Part shown: positions 12,426-27,084 of the stretch, piece after piece
Numbering within the stretch: the first letter of the stretch is position 1
Layout of the letters: every line of letters starts with the position of its first letter
From: Octopus sinensis
Taxonomy: Eukaryota
DNA length: 64,000 bases
Assembly: GCF_006345805.1 (NCBI RefSeq)
Contig: NC_042997.1
Location: 199,392,001-199,456,000, forward strand
Direction of reading: 5' to 3'
The notes under the pieces: model-generated
Databases searched by the model: none
Seen by the model: the letters and a program-made list of their open reading frames with translations, nothing else
Told to the model about the DNA's origin: nothing
Position numbers and translations under genes: made by a program

Positions 12426-12428
12426 ATA

Positions 12429-12481
<53 letters not shown>

Positions 12482-12799
12482 GAGGCGCAATGGCCCAGTG
12501 GTAGGGGCAGCGGACTCGCGGTTGTAAGATCGCGGTTTCGATTCCCAGACCGGGCGTTGTGAGTGTTTATTGAGTGAAAACACCTAAAGCTCCACGAAGC
12601 TCCGGCAGGGGGTGGTGGCGATCCCTGCTATACTCTTTTGCCACAACTTTCTCTCACTCTTTCTTCTGTTGGCCAGCGGGGTGGCGTCATTTGAAGGCTA
12701 AAACAATGCCAAGACGCATTATGACCAGCGACGTGTAGCAACATCTGATAGCCTGGTCGGTCATGTGATCACATGATATATATATAAATATATTGTTCA

Positions 12800-12996
12800 A
12801 CTAGTCACCATGATAGATCGTTAGCCACTACACACATTTTTTTTCTCTCCTTGTTTTTTTCTGTGTCCCTTTCTGTAGAAGAGTGGTAAGCTCAAAACGT
12901 AAAAGACTTTTTCTATTCCTGAGCATTATACAAATACATCTGTTTGTTTTGTACACCACCTGTCTTCATCTTTTGTTTTTTTCGTAAACTCTCCCT
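12800..12996 (+). mobile_element. PLE-type terminal repeat family P1 with hammerhead relic
   Basis: CTTT-CTGTAGA-A-GAGTGGTAAGCTC-AAAAC-GTA-AAAG at 12869-12905, then (TA)n. Same family at 46850-47060(+) and 16375-16490(-). Confidence 0.55.
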
Positions 12997-14069
12997 ATAT
13001 ATATATATATATATGTTTAAAGGCTCAGCATTCAACTTGAAGGAAGTTATACTTGTCACTTGCAGAATTTAATCTGTATCATAATATATTTTAGGTGTTT
13101 GGATAAACTAGATTTTCCCTGTGTACAACAAATCAATTATGTGAAAATACAAAAAAAACTCCATAGAGTGGAAATATAGTGATGTGTGCTGGAATGAACT
13201 TAGCTAATTTTTGAAGTATTTCCAATTTATAGATGCCCGAATTCAACAACAGAATAACAATGAATAAACGAAGAATAACTATTGGGAAATATCAGTCACA
13301 CTTAAATATTTAGTAACTGCTGTAAATAACGTGCCCTTTTTATAAAGAACACTTTTATACAAAGTCAAGCATTGCCAACCATTGTTTCATTTTATTAATA
13401 TTTAAAAAGCAAAATATTTATTTTCGTTGCACAGCTCTTAGGAGTGTAAATTGATTGGTATTAGACATAAAATAATAATACATCTAAAAGAGTTACATAG
13501 TATTGTTTGTTATTTAATATATCTAACATAGATTCTACATTTGGTACAACATTTCACACACACACATGTACATGTGTATGTGTGCGTGCACTTCTGACCA
13601 CCATAAGAGTCATCAACATTACCAAGCACAATAGCTAGTGTGAAACCAATGGTAACATTCTGATTAGTTATATGTCAATACCAGTAATATACGAAGGCAG
13701 GGAGCTAGCAGAAACGTTAGCACATCTGGTGAAATGTTTAGAGGTATTTCATCTGTCTTTACATTCTGAGTTCAAATTCCACCAAGGTTGACTTTGCCTT
13801 TCATCCTTTCAGGGTCGATAGATTAAGTACCAGTTGCATACTGGAGTTGACCTAATCGACTGACCCCACCTCCCCACAAAATTTTGGGCCTTGTGCCTAG
13901 AGTAGAAAAGAATACCAGTAATATACTGCTCAGTGATATATATATATATATATCAGTGTGATCACCGTGACCAACCAGGCTATCAGATGTTACTACACAT
14001 CACTGGTCACAATGCGCTTCGCATTGTTTTAGCCTTCAAATGACGCCACCCCGCTGGCTAAGTGAGCAG

Positions 14070-14112
<43 letters not shown>

Positions 14113-14899
14113 TTTGGGAAAACAAATTTCCAAATCAATCAGGTGTAACCCTACAGTGTTATATGCATCTACATATCGTACTTTGGGGTCTAATTTATCG
14201 CATATTCATATATTTTTAGATAAATATACAAAGTATCTGATAAAAGTCAGTATTCAATTTTTTGGATGAATCGATATGCAGGTATTCTCTTTCAGATAAT
14301 AGAAAAATAACCTGATGAGTATATCAGACAATAAATTCATGGTATCAGTTTGCACATCACGAAATAACACTTGAAGAATATAACCTAAATTACCAGTTAT
14401 GCAATGTACTACATTAATTATATCATACTTGAGTTAATTCTTATCATCATTATCATTTAATGTCCGCTTTGCATGCTAGCATGGCTTGGACAATTTGACT
14501 GAGGACTGGCAAACCAGATGGCTGCACCAGGCTCCAATCTTGATTTGACAGAGTTTCTACAGCTGGATGCCCTTCCTAACACCAACCACTCCAAGAGCGT
14601 AGTGGGTGCTTTTTACGTGCCACCAGCATGAGGGCCAGTCAGGCGGTACTGGCAAAGGTCACGGAAAATCATGCTTTTTTTTTTTATATGTGTCACCTGC
14701 ACACCAGCACAAGTGCCAGTAAGGCGACGCTGGTAATGATCACACTCAAACGGTGCTTTTCATGTGCCACCGGCACAAACATTAGTTGGCCACTCTGGCA
14801 ACGATCACGCTCGGATGGTGCTCTTAGCGCTCCACTAGCACAGATGAAAGAACTACACATGTTTCAGTATTGGAAGATTACAGTATATAAACATATGCA

Positions 14900-15340
14900 C
14901 AACTGCATACTCAGAGTAGACACCCTCAGTTTCCAAATTGGCCTCAAGACAGCTCCACTACCTGGTGCATGTGCTTCTCACTCTGACCATTAGAAGATCT
15001 TTGAATACTTCCTTGATCAGGGTCACCAACCTCAGTCTTGATGTTGCGGGCAGAGCAGTTGGTATATTTCTCAAGAACATCCACACATACTAGTTCATGG
15101 GATTAGGAAACCAGAAATTGGGTCGGGTAAAATCATAGAAATTCTTCAACAATCAGTTCTAATTCTTTCAAAGAGCTGAATCATGCCTTTAGCAGCTTCA
15201 CATAGCTGTCTCAATTGTGCCTAAGGCCGTGTTCGAAGACATCATCCTCACCAGAGACACACCCAAAAACCACCACAGTTTGGGGGTTTTGGTTTTCATC
15301 CCATGGGTCATCACATGGATTGTAGGCAAATTATCTTTTG
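14900..15340 (-). mobile_element. Decayed Tc1/mariner-superfamily (maT/rosa-like) transposase C-terminal half
   Basis: Minus strand gives TVVVFGCVSGE..FEHGLR.N.DSYVKLL, an NFYDF/NPM-like segment, and IKEVFKDL...LEA.LETEG-like terminus, with many indels. Confidence 0.7.
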
Positions 15341-15496
15341 TCCTGGGTGTTGTACAATTGGTTTAGGCATATGTTTTCTCTCTTCACAACAAATCATCTT
15401 ACTGATGTTTTCTTTTATAAGCCTTTATAAAGTAATTTTGGCCAATGTAGAATACTGCTAGTTTCCTGAGACTCCAGATATTGCCAACATCTTTAA

Positions 15497-15959
15497 CCCT
15501 TTCGTTACTGCATTTATTTTGAGATGCTCTTATATTTCTTTCAATTACTTTAAATATAACAAAGAATTAGGTAAAATAACTTAGTTATCATTCAGCTAGT
15601 GTTAGGAACATTAATTGTGACCAAGGTTTGGTGGAAGATTTTAATACAAAACTTATGAAAACAAGACATTTGTACTACAGAACCAGAGGTGGTTTCAGCC
15701 AGGTTGGTAATGAAAGGGTTAAATCAATCATTTGTTCACCATTTTGTTACCATATTTCTGTTGAGATGTTCTGTGTTTCTGTCAATTACTTTAAATATAA
15801 CAAAGAATTAGGTAAAATAACTTAATTATCATTCAGCTAGTGTTAGGAACATTAATTGTGACTAAGGTTTGGTGGAAGATTTTAATTCAAAACCTATGAA
15901 AACAAGACATTTTTACTACAGGGCCAGAGCTGGTTTCAGCCGGGTTGGTAACAAAAGGG
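15497..15959 (+). mobile_element. piggyBac-like (TTAA) MITE dimer
   Basis: Two ~220-bp monomers (15497-15718, 15739-15959) with CCCTTTCGTTAC...GTAATGAAAGGG-type TIRs and TTAA flanks. Confidence 0.8.
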
Positions 15960-16142
15960 TTAAACCAGCACCAACAACTCCCTATTTTCTACCAGCCACT
16001 TTCAGATAAATCAGTGGTTATCAGCCATGTTTTACTTATGGACTCCTTTGGTTAGTGTTTTACTTGGGTGGAACCTCATAGTCATCTGAGGCTTTAAAAG
16101 AAATCCTATTGTTGGAAATTGTATTTAAAAAAGATTAAGATA

Positions 16143-16313
16143 GGTGCAGGAGTGGCTGTGTGGTAAGAAGCTTGTTTCTCAACCACATGGATCCAGGTTC
16201 AGTCCCACTGCGTGGCACCTTGGGTAAGAGTCTCCTACTATAGCCTCAGGCGGAACAAAGCCTTGTGAATAGATTTGGCAGAAAAAAACTGAAAGAAGTC
16301 CATTGTATATATA

Positions 16314-16378
<65 letters not shown>

Positions 16379-16490
16379 ATGGATTCACAAAAAAAACCCC
16401 AACAAAGGACGAAGACAGGTGGTGTAGACAACAAACAGATGTATTAGTTTAACGCTCAGGAAGTGAAAAAGCCTTTAAAATTTCGAGCCC

Positions 16491-16531
<41 letters not shown>

Positions 16532-16697
16532 CGCGCGCACGCTCGCGCAGTTGTGTGTCTGTGTTTGGCCCCCCACCAACATTGCTTGACTGATAAAATA
16601 AGTGTAAGGCTTACAAAGAACGAGTCCTGGGGTCAATTTGTTGAACTGAAGGCCATGCTCCAGCATGGCTACAAATGACTGAAACAAGTAAAGAGTA
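16143..16697 (+). mobile_element. SINE family A interrupted in its microsatellite by a P1 PLE-type fragment (16375-16490, -)
   Basis: Head at 16143-16285, (TA)n, inserted P1 piece, (TA/TG)n, then the 3' half. Confidence 0.75.
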
Positions 16698-19600
16698 TTA
16701 TCTGGTGTATTGTAGAAGGATAAGTAGTTTTAATAACAAAATCTTGTGTGAACTTCCAAGCTTCATATAAACCTTGGTTGAGGACCACTGACTCATAAAT
16801 AATGAAATGTCATTCTATTGTTAGGGGAGTTCCTACTCAAAGGCCCAGGGTGCTTGAACAGTTATAATATTAAGGGATGAGGTATTTGAATGGATAAGGG
16901 GGGGTGGAGGTTTTGAGTAGATAAGAGATTAAAGAGTGGGATATTGAATGGATGAAGTGGTAATGGTGGAATGGTTAAATGGATAGCATACTAAGGAGTA
17001 CAGTTCATCATCATCATCATCGTTTAATGTCTGTTTTTCATGCTGGCATGGGTTGGACAGACTGAAAGGATATTCAGTTTTCTGCTCAAATGTTGTGGAA
17101 TCATATCTTTAATGAAGACTTTGTTGGATTTGGCAATAAAACATTTTGTTCTTTATAGCCTAGTTCACCCGTCTTTTGGTAGTTATCAACCAAGTTATCC
17201 ACAGAAATTTTACTTGGGATAGAACATCTAAAAATTGGAGCTAACCATAGCTTTGACTAACCCCTGGAAGTATTTATATTTTCACTTCAGCTTTTACTGA
17301 TTTACATAAATTGCACAATGAAAGCAGCTAAATCTTCCTCAACAATCTTCACAATATATTTATTTAGTAGGAATGGCTGCGTGGTAAGTAGTTTGCTTAC
17401 GAACCACATGGTTCCGGGTTCAGTCCAACTGCTTGGCACCTTGGGCAAGTATCTTCTACTATAGCGTCAGGCCGGAAACTGAAAGAAGTCCATCACACAC
17501 ACATATATATATATGTGTATATATGCATATATATATGTTTGTGTGTCTGTGTTTGTCCCCCCAACATCACTTGACAACCAATGCTGGTATGTTTATGTCC
17601 CCGTTCAGCAAGAGAACCAGATAAAATAAGTACTAGGCTTACAAAGAATAAGTCCTGGGGTCAATTTGCTCGACTAAAAGGCTGTGCTCCAGCATGGCCA
17701 CAGTCAAATGACTGAAACAAGTAAAAGAGAGTATTCATAGTACTTACAATAATGACACATATTTTAAGTTCATATTCTTGGGGTAAGAGTGTGTATATGG
17801 TTAACCATGCAAATGAAATTTTTTCTTGGAAAAACTATCTTTATATTATATATCAGTTGAAGCAGAGCTAATCAAGACTGCACGATATTAAACACAGGTA
17901 TAATACTGATTTCAGATTTTGGCACAAGGCCAGCAACGTCGGCCGGATGGGGGTGGGGGAAACCAATACAATGATCCCAGCGCTCAACAGATATTTATTT
18001 TCTTTTATAGGCCGACGAGCTGGCAGAAACGTTAGCACGCCTGGTGAAATGCGTAGCCATACTTCGTCTGCTGTTACGTTCTGAGTTCAAATTCCACCGA
18101 GGTCGACTTTGCCTTTCATCCTTCTGGGGGTCAATAAATTAAGTACCAGTTACGCACTGGGGTCGATGTAATCGACTTAATCTGTTTGTCTGTCCTTGTT
18201 TGTCCCCTCTGTGTTTAGCCCCTTGTGGGTAGTAAAGAAATAGGTATTTACTTTATTGATCCTAGAAGGATGAAAGATAAAGTCAACTTTGGCGGAATTT
18301 GAACTCAAAACATAAAGACAGACAAAATGTCCCCTAGCATTTTACCCAACTTGCTAATGATCTGCCAGCTTACCACCTTTAACACAGATATAATACTGAC
18401 ATTGGAGTTGATCTAATTCTAGCATTTTTGTTTGAGACGTTTCAACTGATAACTTCTGTACCTGTTCCCAAATATTCTTCTGTGGACAGCAAGAAACAGG
18501 AGAACAGTAAACAAAAACACCTTTTTTAATTTTTTTTATTGCATCCCCAAAATCCTGAGCTTTCAATTCTGCCCAAGTTGACTGCTTTTCAATCTTGTGA
18601 GATCCATAAAATAAGTAGAGGTGAAATACTGGGGTCGATATAATTGAATCTATCCATTAAGGTAGCAACAGAATTATTAGTCTTTTATGATAACATCATT
18701 GGGGATTAAGCTGGATTACAAACACAGTATTGTGTGTGTGTGTGTGTGTGTACACACATACAGAATGGAATGAAAGAGTGGAATCCTTCTTAGTTCTTAA
18801 AGATTGAGGGGAATGAATTATTATTATTAAGCTTAAAAATAATGGTGGTAATATGATAAAAATGAAGTGAATGAGTTGCAATGAAGTGAGTTCAAACCTC
18901 TCCAGGTCAACATTGTGCTTCACCCCTCCAAGGCTGATAAAATACATAACAAGTTTTGCATTATGTTCACGTTAATTAACTATATAATTTTACCTGGAAA
19001 TCTGTGAATGGTACTAAGTGGGAAATCATTGTACTTGCAAAAATAAATCAGTGTATCTTAATTAGCTTTTGGTTAGTTAATTAAATAAACTTAAATGTTA
19101 TTGTCTGATGCTTTTTTAAAAAGAATTCCTCATTAATATATACATAATTAATTTCTACACTTCTAACTATACATATGCACAATACACACACACACATATA
19201 TGCATGTATGCAGAATATTTTTTATTTGCACTTGTATGTGTAACAAGGTATTTGACTCTATTCCACCTCCCAATACATAATTACATCCACATATTGCTGG
19301 AATTAACTTTAGGAAACAGATTTCCCTTTGCTATTTTAAATTTTATATTTCTGCTCTGGCTGTTTATTGAAAGTAGAAGTAACATAACATTATTTCTCCT
19401 TTTAATTTAATCCTTTCTTTTTTTTATTTTTATTTTATTGATTTTTTGTAACTTTTTGAAACAGAGCTAAAAGGTTTCTTAGTTAGAAAGGAAAGGAAAA
19501 AAAAAATTTCCTAACAGTTTAGATTGAGAAGAATGCTATAAAACCATCACACAGCTGGTTTTTCTAATGCTACTGCTGCTTCTCTCAACTTAATGAACAT

Positions 19601-20764
19601 CACAGGAAAATTCAGCCTATGTAAATGAGACACACGGATAAGCATTGCAACAGCAGTTCTACGGGATATAACTATAAAGTGAACAATAGAAATAATTATA
19701 TTGTCCCTGTAGCAGGTCTTGTTTATAAACGGCCTTCTTTTACCATGTGCAATAATTATTAATCTATCCATATCTTGTAAGTTTCCTGATTTCATTAGGA
19801 TTCTTTTTTACTCAACCAAACATTAGAAAATATGCAGAAAATAGAATTTAAGCTGAAGAAAGGTATGTGGAAATAATTGAATTTATTTTTATTAGCCTAA
19901 ATTATAGGTGATAGTTGTATATTCTTCAAACAGCTTCACTAAATTGGTATTATTTTATTGTGAATGAATGAATTTATTTGAATATATATATATTTTTTTT
20001 TTTTTGTTTGTTTTGCTTCTGTTCACTAAAGCTTGCTAAAGTACTCACCCACTTCAAGAGAAACTATATAAATTTTATGTAGCATATTAATGTTTGTATT
20101 TGTGAACATTTATATTCTATTAATTAGATATTTATTAATTTCCTTGACAACTAAATTCTTTTTTTAATAATCCTTTTGAAGTAGTTGATATTCTTCCCGG
20201 TAAATAAATGAAATTGATTAAAACTTGTGAGTGTTCAAAGCCTACACGATTTTATTTTTATAGAAGTTTGGGAGTTCAAATACCCATATTCTTGGAAAGT
20301 TTAAGTCAAATTGTTTAACACTTAATTGGAATTACCCTGTATTAATTTGAATTATTCTATTTTCATATAATTTAAACACTTAATTTTCTACAATTAAAAT
20401 ACAGAATTTAATTAAAATTAATATGTTCACAAATCCATTACTTGAGTGAAACTTCATTCCACACACAAACACACACACACATGCATGGCTATTCACTGTG
20501 AAATGTGAGTGATTGTCAGTGATCAATCTTCAGATTATTTTAAAATCTGCAGTATCTAAGGACTGGTGGTCAGTAAGAGGGATTTGAGGGCAACTTGCAC
20601 CACATCACAATAATTTTTTTTTTACCCTAGCTCTGGATTGTAAAGACAAAATGTGTGGCAAAGCTGTAGCCACAAAGGATTTGTCAGAGTCACCATATCT
20701 ATTTGGGGATTTCCTTCAGCATGGTTGAAATGTACTTTGATATATGTAAAGCTATATGCCCACA

Positions 20765-20990
20765 GGCATATAGTGTAATGATTAAGGGCATGGGCTACTA
20801 AACCAAAGATTGCGAGTTCAATTCCAGACAGTGCTTTGAATAAATAATGATAATGATAATATTATCAGAAAATAGCTTAGGAATGAGAACCCAGGGTTGG
20901 GTTCAAAATTCTACAGCTGAACTGTTGTGGTGACAGTGAACAAGATGAGGACACATATCTGTCCAATGTGAATAATGTAAATAATGTATG
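20765..20990 (+). mobile_element. tRNA-head/hammerhead element, degenerate copy with ribozyme core deleted
   Basis: GGCATATAGTGTAATGATTAAGGGCATGGGCTACTAA...GAGTTCAATTCC...TTAGGAATGAGAACCCAGG...AACAAGATGAGGACA; the CTGATGA core is absent. Confidence 0.6.
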
Positions 20991-22482
20991 TAAAGCAGTG
21001 CTGAGCTGCATAGTTTACATTGTGAATGAGGAATATCTTAAAAATCATTTACTTTTTCTCCTCAAAATTTAAACAAGATTGCATGCATCACAACCAAAGA
21101 AATTTTTTTTCAGAATAAAAGACTTTGACACAATATATGCAATCAGTTTATCTATCTGATTATTATAAATCACATCAGCATGTTAAGTTCTCCAATTGCC
21201 CCAGATCACTTTAGCAAAATTCTTGTACATTATTAAAAGAAATTTACAACAACCTGTTGAGCCTAGCAAATATAAGTTACAAAGAATTCATTGTGGTTTT
21301 AATCTACAATCTCTATAAAATCCCTATAAATCTATTTAAACTCCCAGTTTTGTATTGTAAACACGTGTATTCTGTTGTAAAGTCAACTGAATCCAAACAA
21401 AACTTGTAAAAAATTGCATTGATCTGGCATGTTTTGATAAGGGTTAGAACTTAATCCTCTAAATTCCTAGAGTAAACTAAGACCAAATGAAATGCAGACT
21501 TTCTTCTTGTCATGTTACATGTCACACATTCTATCAAGGATAACAACATGTAAAACATGTTCTCAGGCCAAAGAATATTTCTGACACGTTTTAGATATTG
21601 AGTTTTCTAAATCCAACTGGATCAAGATTACTCAACAACAGCCTTTATCTTATCTTATGCTGGTCTGCATTAATAGTGTTTATAAATTTATCTCAATGTA
21701 GATACTTGTTCTTGGATTTTTAGTCAAGTTAAGACCCTGAAGAGACTGCACCATTTTATAGTAGGGTGCAATTGGAACGTGCTTAAGGCAGTATATAATT
21801 ATAGAATTAAAGGTAATGCTATTGCTACTCTGGGGGTAATCTTTATTTTTAATATTGTGGTGGCACTTTAAAAGCACCCACTACACTATAGAAACTCTGC
21901 CAGATCAGATTGGAGCCTGGTGCAGCCATCTGGTTCGCCAGTCCTCAGTCAAATCATCCAACCCTGCTAGCATGGAAAGCGGACGTTAAACGATGATGAT
22001 GATGACGATGCATTTAATTCATAAGACATTTAATATTGTCATATGCATGATGATGATGATGATGATACATATAATGCCTCAGTTTCTTTTTATTTAGTAA
22101 GAAAAAAAAAAGAATTTTCTTTATTTTACCCATTGATTCATGACATGATGAAATAAAATAACAATCAGGCCTTAATGTCTATGCGCATACAAGTGTGTTC
22201 ATGCCTACCCATACATGTGTGTTCAGAGCTGTGCATACGAGAGTGTCGTCTGAATGTAGATAAAAGAGTAAAGAAAATTAATATACTTTCGAATGTTGCT
22301 CTTGTTTTAAGGTGCAATTCAGTGCAAGTATTCTTTTGATAGGAAAAATATATATTTAATAATATATACTCTACATTGAAGTTTTTAATTTTCTCAATGG
22401 CATCAGGTACAAACTTTAGATGCACAATACAGAGTTCAACCAGAGCACAATCACATTTATCTGACATCTTTTATATATATAT

Positions 22483-22534
<52 letters not shown>

Positions 22535-24002
22535 ATAATGCATTAATGTAAATAATTGTTTAATGTACCATGCATCAGTAAGGTCTCACTTTTCCTTATT
22601 TCAAAATAAATAAGTATTTTTCATAGCACTCATAAATGTTTATAGAGTTCAGGGGTTTTATGTAATTATTCAAATAGATAATTTATTATTTACAATATTA
22701 TTATTTCACTTTAATTACTGGTTGTGATTACTTATTAATAATTATTCCGCATATTTTAATAATAAAATTGTACATGAATTCCAATAAGAACTTAGTAATG
22801 AGCTTTTGAATAATAATAATAATAATAAAAATATACTCTTTTGCTAGTTCCAGTTGATTGGCTCTGTCCAGGCTTGGGTCCCACAGACAGAAAGATTACA
22901 ATGTGTTTTTAATAATTTCCTCATAAAAAAAAAAACCCAGAGAAATCGTTAGATAGATATAAATTATTTCAGTTCAGACTAGTCTGTCAGCCTACCCAAG
23001 GCGAAAGTATATCCAATTATAAAATATTCTATCAAGTGACCCATTCTTAAATTGCTTTCCTAAAATCTTACTGTCTGCTTCACATTCTTTCTCTTCAGCT
23101 GATGACTATCTCTTATTTCATCTTAATTTAGTTTTATCTAAGATGAAATTGACGTCACTTTAAACATTAGCACACAAAATTAATTAAACACTTATTGAAC
23201 TTTAGATATCTAAATGATCACTTGCCAGGCAATGGCTACGTTATTTGAGTGCTGTGGGCCTATTTCACTTTGCTTTCTAAAACGGTGACTATAATGTCCA
23301 ATAAAATTTACATGAAAATCTTAGAGTTAATCCATAATTTCAATATCTAAATTTAACATACAACAAAAATATTACAATATTTTGTTTTATGGCAGGAAAC
23401 ACTTTAATGACAAAAATATTTCCATTTCAACTTTCAAATGTTCTGACAAATAAGATGCTTTTAAAGTTTCAGCTTTGATCTTGGGAAAAAAGCCTATTTA
23501 TATCTTTTATCTTTTACTTGTTCCACTCATGAGACTGAGGCCGTGCTGGGGCACTGCCTTGAAGAATTTTTAGTCAAATGAATCAACCCCAGTACTTATT
23601 TTCTTTTTAGCCTGATACCTATTATATTGGTCCCTTTAGTCTAACTACTAAGTTAGAGGGGACATAAACACACCAACACCAATTTTTCAGGCAGTGATGG
23701 GGGGACAAACACAAGGACGGACACACTTTAATATTTTGCTTCGGCATAGTAAGACCAATAACCTGGTGTAGAACTCAATATATATGTATGGTTTCACTTC
23801 CATATCCATCAACGTAAACTTTCTCTCACATAACACCAATATGTTCTGGAAATGTAACTTTCCCAAATAAAGTGCACTTCATTTTGAAGGCTTTGATGAA
23901 GCTATAGATGATACCCTGGTACTCAATCAGACTCCACCACATCTTACAGAAGAAACAGCTATAAACATATGAAGTTCAATACATAACATTTGATTTTTCC
24001 AG

Positions 24003-24076
<74 letters not shown>

Positions 24077-24652
24077 TGAAGGTGCAATGCCCATTGATTA
24101 GGGCAGCGGACTCGCGGGCATAGGATTGCAGTTTCAATTCCCAGACCGCGTGATATAAGTGTTTATAAAGCGAAAACACCTAAAGCTCGACATATGTATA
24201 TTATATATATACATATATGTATATATATTTATATATAACAGGCTTCCTTCAATTTCTACCTACCAAATCCACTTACAAGGCTTTGGTTGATCTGAAGCTA
24301 TAGTAGGAGACACTCACCCAATCCAAAGTGCAACGCAGTGGGGCTGAACCGAAAACCATATAGTTGGGAAGCAAAGTTCTTACCACAATAGCCACATCTG
24401 TATCTAATATTTGATATTTTTTTCATGGACCTTTTAAAATCAAAATGAAACACATTACATTATAAATGACTTTGACTACTGACATTTTCTATGTGAAAGG
24501 ATAAGACATCACAAACACCTGCAACAGTTAGGATTTGAACCATGTATGCATTGCTTGGTGAGCAACGATATTGATTTCACTACTGAGCACCTTCTACTTC
24601 CTTCTTAAATTAAATACTTTTATTCCCTTAAAATAATTGCTTATTTACTTAT

Positions 24653-25250
24653 CAGCTCTGTCATGTGACTTTTAGAGGCCCCCTGCAATGTTTTGTTTCA
24701 AGGTCCCCATCCCTTCAATCAAAATTCTTAATCTATGCACCTTTTATTCATGGCTATATTTTACTTTATTCTATTTGAAGTTCAATATTTCACATTATCC
24801 TAAAGAACATCTTTAAAAGTACAACATGTTAAATTTATTTAGGTCTATTACAAACTTCAACAAGTAAAACTTCCAAATATCAATAAAAGAGCACTTTTAT
24901 AATCCAGGCAACTTTCAAAGTCAAACACGGCGCACTTTTCGCTTCGCAAAATCATCGATCATTACAGAATAATCAAATTGAGTTCATGTTCTATAGATAT
25001 CAAAGATAATCCACAAAGTCTGGTACACGTTTGAGGTATAATGTAATATTTTTACTAGAAGTTTTGCAGGTACAATGTATTAGCATTTTATTTCTTGAAA
25101 TTTTCAGTTATAGATAGTTGAATTCTTGTTCAACATCTTAACCAAAGTAAAAAGATGACTCATCTACGTACTTTTATCTTAACATGGGGACCCTCAACCA
25201 CTGAGGCCCCCTGTGACCGCAGCGGTTGCAAGGGCTTAGCGATGGTCCTG
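24653..25250. mobile_element. Possible old hAT-like MITE
   Basis: CAG...CTG ends and subterminal GAGGCCCC motifs at both ends; TIR weak and no TSD found. Confidence 0.3.
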
Positions 25251-26194
25251 CTTGTCATGGTATGACAGATTATACACTATCTATAAAGAATAATATCTAT
25301 AACTATGCCTACTATAATAAAGTGTTTGGGTCGCATGAATTGCTCTTTTCCCCTTCAGATTATTGCTTTAAAATATTAAAAAAATATTTTACATTGAAAA
25401 ATTTATTTAGTTTCATTCATAGGGTTACAAACATCAAATTAAAGCAAGGCACTGGACACAAATGTGTTTGTGTGTGTGTGTGTATATATATTTATATATG
25501 CATACATACATGCACCATATACTTGTCTAACACACACCACACATATATATATACAGAGAGAGAGAGATACTTGTGTCCAACATATCATTATCCCCGTTAT
25601 TTAACGTCCATCTCCAGTTGGAGCTTGACAAAGATCCAATGCATACAAGGTCTGCATTGTGCTCCTGTGCCTCCTTTGCCATGGTTTCTATGGCTGGATG
25701 TCCTTCCTAGCACCAACCACTTCACAGTATGTACTGGGTACTTTTCTTATTTGTAACACTGGTGCTATTAAGGTCACCATGTAACTCACAAATCAACAGA
25801 CCCAGGGAAAGAGAGAGTGAGTGGTGCTCAATTTTGGAGGTGACAAGAATGGTAGTTGTAGTGTAGAAATGTTGACAGTGGGGGAAAAGAGAGATATGAT
25901 GTGTTTTGGTAGGCAGCAAGAGCAGAGTTGATAAACAAATGGGTTTAATGCATGAGGAGAGATAATTTGGTCATCTAAGAAGGGGGGAGATGGCCACTGT
26001 ACACATGTGGGTGTGAAGAACGATATTAATAGATGAAGAATGGCTAACAAGCGTGATGGTTCTGGGTAACAAGATAGAAAAGTGGTATTTGGATGTGGGG
26101 GGAAGAGCTGTAATAGATGGTGTTGGGGTGGAGGGCAACATAAGATAAAAACTGATTGATTGAGGTGCTCATATATATACGCACACAAAGTGTA

Positions 26195-26229
26195 TATACT
26201 TGTATTCAACATGTACATGCACACATATG

Positions 26230-26301
<72 letters not shown>

Positions 26302-26372
26302 CACACACACATATATATACACACACACACACACACACATATATACACACACACACACATATATACACACAC

Positions 26373-26411
<39 letters not shown>

Positions 26412-26565
26412 GATAGATAGATAGATAGATAAATAGATAAATAGATACACAAACATGTGTATTTACATATATATATATAGATAGATAGATAAATAGATAC
26501 ACAAACACGTGTATTTACGAATATATATATATATATGTATATGGAATTACACATATATATATATA
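26195..26565. repeat. Large compound (TA)n/(CA)n/(TAGA)n microsatellite
   Basis: Direct inspection; source of many spurious ORFs. Confidence 0.95.
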
Positions 26566-27084
26566 GCCTATCCTGCTACATTAACTGTCCAATTATATTG
26601 TGGAGATTAAAATAGCACATTTAAGAAATATCAGAAAAATAGATTTAAGCATCTAATTGAGAGGCCGGGAGTGGCATGTGGTGTGTTGTGTAATTGGCAA
26701 TGTGGTCACCCAGCAAGTAATACGTGCAGGGTTTGATCCTTCGCATAACATCTGTTGCTTTGTATTCCCTAAGTTGGAGCTTGTAATGTCTGAAATCATT
26801 AGAATTACATCACACACATTTTTTAAAGATGTTGTGTATATAATAATAAAACTAATGTTAGCTGAATGGTAAAGGCGTCTGCTTCACAGTTGCAAGGGCT
26901 CCAGTTCAATCCCTCCACAGGGCATTTTTTTTATCTATCTCTGAAAGTGAACCCAAACTTTGGGAGTGAAATGGAGGAGCTGGAAACTATGGAATTTCAT
27001 TGGATGAATTTTAACTGTAATTCGAAAGTTCAGTCTTGTCTCATACTGTCACACTGATTATGCCCAAGAACAAAAGGTGGTGAG

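Noticed and set aside
25793-26554. Longest ORFs (253 aa and overlapping frames), and similar ones at 11959, 16246, 33973-34391
   Set aside because: Translations of (TA)n/(CA)n/(TATG)n microsatellites.
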